Source: Alphaproteobacteria bacterium (GTDB lineage: Bacteria; Pseudomonadota; Alphaproteobacteria; G965222575). Taken from it: DNA of 64,000 bases. Shown here in pieces: positions 9,986-16,984 of the stretch. The stretch is from NCBI GenBank assembly GCA_965222575.1, contig OZ244958.1, positions 480,001-544,000 of the forward strand. The letters are read 5' to 3'. Numbering within the stretch: position 1 is the stretch's first letter; every line of letters begins with the position of its first letter. The notes under the pieces were generated by a model, which searched no databases, was not told where the DNA came from, and saw nothing but the letters and a program-made list of their open reading frames with translations. The translations under genes and the position numbers were made by a program.

Positions 9986-10569
9986 ACACGCTTCTCCTTC
10001 ATAACCGACAACACTATAGTTTGTACCTCTTCCTTCAGCCTGTAAAGAGATAACTCCCCTGAAATCCTAAAATCTACACACAACGGCGGTTTCTTATCAT
10101 GACGCAACACAAGCACTTCCCATGGAAAAAAAACCCCACGACCCTCATAACGACGCCGACACACCTCTAAAGAAGTCTCTACATAAACCGTATAGTCCAC
10201 TTCCTTCTCCTGACCCAATTCAAACAAAAGCGGTAACTCCAAAAACACAACCTCCACTGAGTGGGCAAGTGAAGACAAAAACCGCTGCCGATAATCTCTA
10301 ACCAACGGGTGAACAAGAGACTCCAATACCTCTAACTCATGCAAGTTCTCCTTCAAAAACTCCCCTAGCTTCCCTCTATCCACACACCCACTCCCCCCCA
10401 TCAACCCCCGCTCCTCAAAATACCGTAGTACACACTCCTCAACTCGATAAATCTTCCGAACCGCCTCATCCGATGACCAGCTAACGCCCCCAACACACGC
10501 CTCAAGACACGTCTTCACTACCAAACTCTTGCCAGCAGCAGGATAGCCCGTCACCCCTAACAACAACAC
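9976..10569 (-). CDS. coaE: Dephospho-CoA kinase
   Basis: LGVTGYPAAGKS P-loop, LESLVHPLV, ELPLLFE. Likely start is GTG 10569; the ORF track extends upstream through maf. Confidence 0.88.
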   Translation of the reverse strand: MLLLGVTGYPAAGKSLVVKTCLEACVGGVSWSSDEAVRKIYRVEECVLRYFEERGLMGGSGCVDRGKLGEFLKENLHELEVLESLVHPLVRDYRQRFLSSLAHSVEVVFLELPLLFELGQEKEVDYTVYVETSLEVCRRRYEGRGVFFPWEVLVLRHDKKPPLCVDFRISGELSLYRLKEEVQTIVLSVMKEKRVCG

Positions 10570-10589
10570 ACCACCCCTTCCCCCACGCC

Positions 10590-11204
10590 TCACGACACCA
10601 CCACCCCTTCCCGCCTCAAAACCTCCAAAAGCCCCAACAACGGTAACCCCTGTATAGCAAAAATATCCCCTTCTATCCTCTCCATCAAGTGCAACCCTAA
10701 CCCCTCTATAGCACCACCCGCTAGCATCTCCAATCCCAATGCCCCCACCTCCGCACAATACCCCTCAATAAACCTCTCCCCCAACACCCTCATCTTCAAA
10801 AGCGGACTCTCCACTGCACTCCACAACACCTCCCCACCACGTGCTAACACCACAGAGGTATGAAGATAATGCTCCTGTCCACTTAAAACCCGAAGCTGTT
10901 CCCTCAACTCCCCCATACTCCGCGCCTTCCTAAAAACACAACCTCTACACTCCAACACTTGATCCCCTCCTACCACATAGGCAGACCCCCTCTTTCGCGA
11001 CACACTAAGTGCCTTCTTCTTCCCTAAATGCAAACTCATCCCCTTCCCGTCTCCTTCCCTCATAAACTCCCTCCCCTCAACACCCTCATCTACCTCAGAC
11101 AGCAAAACCTCAAAAATAAGACCCAACCCCTCTAATAAACGACGACGCACTACACTACCAGAGGCTAACACCAACTGCTCAGAAGACACCTTCATAAACC
11201 CCAT
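10590..11204 (-). CDS. maf: Maf family nucleotide pyrophosphatase
   Basis: LVLASGSVVRRRLL, GGDQVL, LSGQEH, IQGLPL. Confidence 0.9.
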   Translation of the reverse strand: MGFMKVSSEQLVLASGSVVRRRLLEGLGLIFEVLLSEVDEGVEGREFMREGDGKGMSLHLGKKKALSVSRKRGSAYVVGGDQVLECRGCVFRKARSMGELREQLRVLSGQEHYLHTSVVLARGGEVLWSAVESPLLKMRVLGERFIEGYCAEVGALGLEMLAGGAIEGLGLHLMERIEGDIFAIQGLPLLGLLEVLRREGVVVS

Positions 11205-12037
11205 CAGCCCCCCCTCTCCACCTTCCGCTTCTCCAAAAAAGAAAAAATCTGCGACGCCGTCTCCTCCACAGACTGATAAGTCACATTCAAACTAATCCAA
11301 CCATTACGATTGAACATACGCTTCGCCCTTGTAACTTCCTCCTCTATGGACTCCTCACGCGTGTAACTATTCCCCCTGTTACTAGCCTTAACCCCTATGC
11401 TATCAAACCGCTTCTTCCGTATCTCCCTCAACCGCAAAGTCTCCACCATCAACCCTATCACAGGACAACCTGCCTCCCTCAAAACCTCCTCAGGAAACCC
11501 CTCCTCCAACACAAAAGGCACATTCGCAGCCCTCACTCCCTTATTCGCTAAATACAAACACGTCGGCGTCTTCGACGTCCGCGATACCCCAACCAATATC
11601 ACCTCAGCTCCCCCTATACTCCTCAAATTCTTTCCATCATCATGATTTACACAAAACTCTATGGCCTCTATCTTCCTAAAATACGATACATCTAAACTAT
11701 GTTGACGACCGGGCTCCTTCTTCGAAACCTGACACAAATACCCCTCCATTAAAACCATCAACGGACCTAAAACTCCATAAACCTGAAGTCCCAACTCCCT
11801 CCCGCGCCTTTCTATCTCTTCCTGTATCTCCTTCTTCACCACCGTCGTAATAATTATCCCAGGGAGACGCTCTATCTCCTTGAAAACCTCCAAAACACGA
11901 CGCTTCGTCTTCACCTCGTTCCACCGCACAGACCGCGGCTCCTCTAAAAACTGAGACAACACAGCACGACCCAACAAAGTTAACGTCTCTCCCGTCGAAT
12001 CCGATATAAAATACACAACCCTTTCCACGCGCTTCAA
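11204..12037 (-). CDS. Pyruvate,phosphate dikinase / PEP synthase regulatory protein (DUF299)
   Basis: ISDSTGET, HDDG, GVSRTSKTPTCLYLA, ANVP. Confidence 0.92.
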   Translation of the reverse strand: MKRVERVVYFISDSTGETLTLLGRAVLSQFLEEPRSVRWNEVKTKRRVLEVFKEIERLPGIIITTVVKKEIQEEIERRGRELGLQVYGVLGPLMVLMEGYLCQVSKKEPGRQHSLDVSYFRKIEAIEFCVNHDDGKNLRSIGGAEVILVGVSRTSKTPTCLYLANKGVRAANVPFVLEEGFPEEVLREAGCPVIGLMVETLRLREIRKKRFDSIGVKASNRGNSYTREESIEEEVTRAKRMFNRNGWISLNVTYQSVEETASQIFSFLEKRKVERGG

Positions 12038-12238
12038 ACTCTCACCTCAAACCTAAAAAACTCTCTCTCCCTTCCAACAACTCAACTCAGTAATTTTCAT
12101 CCCTACTACTTTATCACTCTTAACACACTCTCCTCACCATCCTATTTCTCATTAGGCTTTTCATACCCCTTTACAACCCTCAACTCATTGAAAAATAAAG
12201 ACTATTTACTAAAATTCTCCGCTCTTTCCCTCCCCCTA

Positions 12239-12253
12239 TTAATAAAGTATTAA
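12239..12253. promoter_or_regulatory. Candidate CtrA binding site (TTAA-N7-TTAA)
   Basis: TTAA TAAAGTA TTAA is an exact consensus match in the AT-rich intergenic region upstream of DUF299; chance occurrence is possible in AT-rich DNA. Confidence 0.45.
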
Positions 12254-12309
12254 AGAAGATTTCTTTACGGATTATTACAGTATAAACACTAAAAAAATTA
12301 AAAAAAACT

Positions 12310-12338
12310 TTGACATCGCAACAATAAGGGGATATGAA
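12310..12338 (+). promoter_or_regulatory. sigma70-type promoter for the porin gene
   Basis: TTGACA-N17-TATGAA preceded by A-tracts (UP-element-like). Confidence 0.6.
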
Positions 12339-12429
12339 GGAACAGTAAAGGGAAATTTTCACTCCCAGAAAATAAGGGAAAAAACAAGTATCGTATTAAA
12401 AATAAAAGAGAGTTTAGAGGGTTTTATTA

Positions 12430-13827
12430 ATGAAAAAGCAGTTATTTATTATAGTGTCTGTTGCAATAGCTTTTGTTGCACAAAGTGCTTATGCTAAAAT
12501 AGAGACCAAAATCTCTGGTCGTTTCGCAGGGGGTCTTAGCTACTCTAAAGACAAAGATCACGAAGACTTTATTCCTAAAAACGCGGACGGAACCGATGCT
12601 CCGAAAAAAGCGGGGGATGGGCTTGAAAAAATAAATCGCAATGCTTACCAAATGATGCGCTATGGCCGTATTTACTTCAAAGCTTCAGGGCAAGTTACCC
12701 CTAGAGTTTCCGCTGGTGTGTTACTCTCTATGGAAATGGATGGCTCTATGGAAATAATGTCTGCTGGAAAGCTCGATATTACAAAGTTATTTGATGAAAG
12801 CTATATTTGGATAACAACGGCACTAGGACGATTGGAACTAGGAGGCACAGAACACGCGCCACTCAAGCTTAGCGCAGAACTCTCTTCTATGCCTAACATG
12901 TACTATTACGGCTTGTATGATGGGGCAACAGCTCCAAACTTCTCATTTGCCCAAAATCTCGGTTTAACTGGAGATGAAAACGATAAAATCAATTACTTCA
13001 CCGGCGCCCTTCTTAAGGGAATAGAAGCGGGGATTTCTTTTACTAAAGACCCAAGAGTAATGCGCAGAGGACAGCTTCTCTTCGAAAAGCAGTATGGAAA
13101 AGGACTGAGAAATATCTTTGAGTTCGCTGTGCGCTACAAGACAAAACTCGAAAACGGAATGAGTCTTACCGTCTCTACTGGGTACTCTACAGCGGGACTT
13201 GACTTTGCCGAAAGTACTAGCGCAACAAGTAACCAGTGGTATGATCCTGTTACGGGAGACGCCTTTGGCCCTGGTGCTTATGCGACTTCAAAGTCCTCAA
13301 CAAGAACAGGCCTGGGAATTTTAGCGAAGCAATTTGAGGGGAAAACACTCCAGGAAATAGCAAAGGAGGAAAGAAAGCCTGTTGTTTGGACTGTTAGTAC
13401 CAATGTCAAAATGGAACACCTCTCTCTTTCCTTCCTCTTTCTCAGAAGGAACGAAAGAAATCTTGATAAGATAACGGAATGGATTGCTAACATGGAATAC
13501 AAGGCTGATAAATTTACCTTTGGATTCGAGTATGCGCAATCTGTTTTTGTGCCCTTCTCTACTTTTGGTGGTCATACACCGGGCGTAAAATATAAAACCA
13601 CTGGTCTCCATGGAAAAATCGCTTATAGTGTTGGTGATGGCGTGAGTGTTATTGGAGGGTATGCTATTGTAGATAATAAAGATGGCGCCTATACTTTGGG
13701 AAGCGACCTTGCTGACTATGTTAAAACCATAACCGGTGCCGCCGCCGCGGTAGAGAAAAATCCAAGCGGCAAGTTGCGTAGTAAAAAGTACACCTATCTG
13801 TACACAGGACTGGTTGTAAAGTGGTAG
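12430..13827 (+). CDS. Outer-membrane porin (alphaproteobacterial general-porin-like)
   Basis: Sec signal ending AYA; DESYIWITTALGRLELGGTE porin-like motif; amphipathic beta strands; C-terminal aromatic W. Confidence 0.75.
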   Translation: MKKQLFIIVSVAIAFVAQSAYAKIETKISGRFAGGLSYSKDKDHEDFIPKNADGTDAPKKAGDGLEKINRNAYQMMRYGRIYFKASGQVTPRVSAGVLLSMEMDGSMEIMSAGKLDITKLFDESYIWITTALGRLELGGTEHAPLKLSAELSSMPNMYYYGLYDGATAPNFSFAQNLGLTGDENDKINYFTGALLKGIEAGISFTKDPRVMRRGQLLFEKQYGKGLRNIFEFAVRYKTKLENGMSLTVSTGYSTAGLDFAESTSATSNQWYDPVTGDAFGPGAYATSKSSTRTGLGILAKQFEGKTLQEIAKEERKPVVWTVSTNVKMEHLSLSFLFLRRNERNLDKITEWIANMEYKADKFTFGFEYAQSVFVPFSTFGGHTPGVKYKTTGLHGKIAYSVGDGVSVIGGYAIVDNKDGAYTLGSDLADYVKTITGAAAAVEKNPSGKLRSKKYTYLYTGLVVKW

Positions 13828-13867
13828 CTTTTTAGACTTCTTCTCTTTACAAGAAAAGAGACTAGAA

Positions 13868-13906
13868 AAGGAAGCGGAATACAGATATAATGTATTCCGC
13901 TTCCTT
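13868..13906 (+). terminator. Strong hairpin, probable intrinsic terminator after the first porin
   Basis: 16-bp perfect stem AAGGAAGCGGAATACA / TGTATTCCGCTTCCTT, 7-nt loop, followed by ATTTCTTT. Confidence 0.75.
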
Positions 13907-13936
13907 ATTTCTTTACTAGAGAGTAAGCTTTATAAC

Positions 13937-15205
13937 ATGATTGTCTTGAGATATCTTTTTCAAACTTGCTTGGTTCTTTCCCTAGGGATTCCTATTTTCA
14001 CAGCAAAAGCGGAGGTAACGTTTGGCGGAACCTTTGCTTACTTGTATAACAAATATACCGGCGGTTACGTCCATGAGAGTACGTTTTACTATGGCAAAGT
14101 TCATATAAGAGGACAAAAAAGCTTCTCAAACAATAATGCACTCGGTACGAAAAATGCCGGCTTCCATTTCTCCTTCAGAACCCACTCCCATGAACTTCAA
14201 CGATTCTTGAGATTAGGATATGGATGGATTGATACAAGCTATGGAACTATCGTTATAGGGGGCTTATTCTCCGCTTCCGACCTCTTGCATATTCCTCCCT
14301 ATAAATTCCCTTGGGAAAACTATGAATTCCTGCGCGATGAACAAATGCTAGGCTTTGATGCCGTCAACTTTTACGATTTTTACGATAAATCCTCTAGCAC
14401 TCTTGATAAAAAGGCTTTCTTCTCTTCCTATCCCATGGATCTGTCTATGGCCGATAAAATTACCTTTTTGTCGCGTCCTAGTGACGGACTGCAATTCGGG
14501 GCCTCCTTAACGCCAGATAATAAATACTTCGGAGACGGAAACCTCCTCTTCGAGGAAAAATTCCCTGAAGAAACTACCGACACAGATAAATTATATGATA
14601 CCCGCCATGGCTCTATCGATTTCGCCGTCCGGTATACAGCCCCTAAAAAAGAAAGCACCCGATATCTCACAAATTTTCGCCTCTTCTTCTCCTCTTCCTT
14701 TGCTTTTCGATACAAAAAAAAGCACGGAGACACAAACCTCAAAGCCCCTTATACAATCTCCGGAGGCTTTGGCTTCCTAATCAATAACAAAATCATAAGA
14801 AAACAACATGACATCGTTCTCTCCTATAAGAGATATGACGACCCGTTGGGCATTACATCCGATACCTTCTCTGCCGGCTTAACCTTTCGGTACTACAAGT
14901 GGAATACCGGTGTTGTTTTTATGCGAAAATCTCTTAAAAATCGTCACACAAGCGTAACTCAGGCTAAAAATTACTGGCTTGCAATGGGACTGTATGCAAA
15001 CTATGAGTTTATGAAAGAAGTGTATTTGACCTTGGGAATCAACATTTTTAAGGACGAAGCGACCAACGCATCTTTGGGTGTGGGAGCCAACCTTAAGCAC
15101 TATAAACCTTTGGGTATGGGAAGAAAGATTGGAACAGGGGACGCGGCAGATCAGGCAGAAGAAAACTTCATCAACCTCTATGTGGGGATTGTGATAACCT
15201 TCTGA
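13937..15205 (+). CDS. Second outer-membrane porin-like protein
   Basis: Signal ending AKA; GYGWIDTSYGTIVIGG and ADKITFLS resemble the matching segments of the first porin; C-terminal F. Confidence 0.7.
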   Translation: MIVLRYLFQTCLVLSLGIPIFTAKAEVTFGGTFAYLYNKYTGGYVHESTFYYGKVHIRGQKSFSNNNALGTKNAGFHFSFRTHSHELQRFLRLGYGWIDTSYGTIVIGGLFSASDLLHIPPYKFPWENYEFLRDEQMLGFDAVNFYDFYDKSSSTLDKKAFFSSYPMDLSMADKITFLSRPSDGLQFGASLTPDNKYFGDGNLLFEEKFPEETTDTDKLYDTRHGSIDFAVRYTAPKKESTRYLTNFRLFFSSSFAFRYKKKHGDTNLKAPYTISGGFGFLINNKIIRKQHDIVLSYKRYDDPLGITSDTFSAGLTFRYYKWNTGVVFMRKSLKNRHTSVTQAKNYWLAMGLYANYEFMKEVYLTLGINIFKDEATNASLGVGANLKHYKPLGMGRKIGTGDAADQAEENFINLYVGIVITF

Positions 15206-15221
15206 GGCTTACACTTGCGGT

Positions 15222-15400
15222 GCCCCCCCCCTCTCCCGCAGTGAAATTAACATGAACCCCTTGAAGACGCACAGAGGCCTTGCGGTGCCTGCACAATATC
15301 ATCAAGGCTTAACGTTCCAGTAAGAGTGCATCCTTCACTTTAAGACAGGTTGGTTGAAAGTAGAAAATCCCGGCACAATTCCTTTGTGCGTGGGGGGTAG
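15222..15400 (-). ncRNA. Possible structured ncRNA (6S RNA-like)
   Basis: No convincing ORF. Minus-strand ends CCCCCCACGCA...TGCGGGAGAGGGGGGGG can pair, and CTTCAAGGGGTTCATG recalls the 6S 3' arm. Not verified by folding. Confidence 0.3.
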
Positions 15401-15455
15401 GTATAATTTTCTTAAGGAAGCACGGGGGGCGTTGCTTAACAAAACAAGTGGCGTT

Positions 15456-16139
15456 TTATGCCTTACCCTTTTTTGGTGTTACGCGGGCAGGTTGCTTGGC
15501 AGGTTGCTTCTTGGGAGGGGCTTTTTTCGTCTTCTCACCAACCGATACCTGCTTCATTAAAGCCCCAAGCCTTTCGTGACTCGCAGACCCAAGCGATACA
15601 ATAAATTTAATCCCATCTTCCGGACTAAGGTCTAAAGGATACACACTCTCTTTAGGAACTATGACTAAAAACCCAGAGGTCGGATTCGGCGTCGTCGGTA
15701 CAAAAATCGTCAGACCATCTCCGCCAGGAACGTCTACCTCATCATTTGTTATAAACCCTAGCGCCCAAATCCCAGTTCGCGGATACTCCAACACCACTAC
15801 ACGACCAAAATTCTTCTTCTGTACAATGGAACCTAACGTCTGCTTGCTCGTCTTGTAAATAATCCCTAATAACGGAATCCTGCTTAGCCATCTCTCTAAC
15901 CCTTCCAAAACCTTCTGGCCAGCATAACGACTCGCACAAAACCCTATGCCAATCAACACAAATAAACTCAGTAATAACCCCATCCCCCATGGAGGGTCTA
16001 ACCCTAACGCCCCTAAAAGAAAACTGTCTAAAAACTTCAAAATGGTCGTGGCTAACCACACCGTAAACACAATGGGAATGATAACAATCGTGCCAGCTAT
16101 AAACCAACGACGACAACTCTGTAGTGACTCCTTATACAT
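15456..16139 (-). CDS. DUF502 family membrane protein
   Basis: RIPLLGIIYKTSKQ, VVLEYPR, FVPTTPNPTSGF. Confidence 0.9.
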   Translation of the reverse strand: MYKESLQSCRRWFIAGTIVIIPIVFTVWLATTILKFLDSFLLGALGLDPPWGMGLLLSLFVLIGIGFCASRYAGQKVLEGLERWLSRIPLLGIIYKTSKQTLGSIVQKKNFGRVVVLEYPRTGIWALGFITNDEVDVPGGDGLTIFVPTTPNPTSGFLVIVPKESVYPLDLSPEDGIKFIVSLGSASHERLGALMKQVSVGEKTKKAPPKKQPAKQPARVTPKKGKA

Positions 16140-16140
16140 C

Positions 16141-16491
16141 CTAAGGCTTCTTGAGCTCCTCTCTTATCTTTCTTAACGCCTCCTCAGATAGCAACGTCTT
16201 CCCCTCCTGCCTTAACAGATGATCTCTAATGTTAGAGGGGTCTTCAAGGGAAATCCCTAAAAACTCTAACACAGAACGCTCTCCTCCATTTAACCGAGAC
16301 ACATCATGCACAGACGAAAAAGAAAAATCCCTCTCCGGAAAAGACTTAAAACCGGGCGGAACTATCAACGGCGGCGTCCGTAATAACCGCTCCAACGGAT
16401 GCTTCTCCTCCTCCGTGTAAATCCCAGTAGCACCTCCACAGCCACTCAGTACTACACACAAACATAAGAAAAAATTCCTCATCCTTTTCAA
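16141..16491 (-). CDS. Lipoprotein, DUF3035-like
   Basis: Lipobox LSGC; PPLIVPPGF motif; position after lspA as in other alphaproteobacteria. Confidence 0.65.
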   Translation of the reverse strand: MKRMRNFFLCLCVVLSGCGGATGIYTEEEKHPLERLLRTPPLIVPPGFKSFPERDFSFSSVHDVSRLNGGERSVLEFLGISLEDPSNIRDHLLRQEGKTLLSEEALRKIREELKKP

Positions 16492-16513
16492 TCTCCTGAT
16501 AAACTACCTCGCT

Positions 16514-16984
16514 TCAATACTTTACCACGCTCTTCCATGCTGTACAACCCACAAAAATCATACACCCAAGCGTTATGAAACTATCCCCTATATTAAAAGC
16601 AGGAAAGTGATACACCCCTATATGAACGTCTATAAAATCCAGCACAGCACCCCTGAGTATCCTATCCGTGAAGTTCCCAACCGCACCGCCGCTTATACAA
16701 CAACAACTCAATTGCACCACCCTGCTACTAGACCTAAGTCCCCATACCATAAAGACACCAATGAGAAAACTTGTTAAGATAATCAAAATAAAAAATGCCA
16801 TCTGACTCATAGCCGCAAATAACCCAAAGGCTATACCCTTATTGTAGACCAACACAAGCGAGATATACCGCCCTAGCACCCACTCCTCTCCAAGCTCTAA
16901 AAAGGACAGAATGTACATCTTCGATGCAACATCAAAACACGTAATCAGGGCAACGCCAAGTAAAAATAACGCACTCCTTTTCAT
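16514..16984 (-). CDS. lspA: Lipoprotein signal peptidase
   Basis: NKGIAFG, GGAVGNFTDR, VLDFID, PAFNIGD. Confidence 0.95.
   Translation of the reverse strand: MKRSALFLLGVALITCFDVASKMYILSFLELGEEWVLGRYISLVLVYNKGIAFGLFAAMSQMAFFILIILTSFLIGVFMVWGLRSSSRVVQLSCCCISGGAVGNFTDRILRGAVLDFIDVHIGVYHFPAFNIGDSFITLGCMIFVGCTAWKSVVKY

Noticed and set aside
10570-10758. N-terminal extension of CoaE in the ORF track
   Set aside because: It overlaps maf in another frame; homology begins at about 10569.
1873-12000. Many antisense ORFs rich in T/N/P/H or G/V
   Set aside because: Extreme strand skew suppresses stop codons in shadow frames; each lies opposite a well-supported gene.
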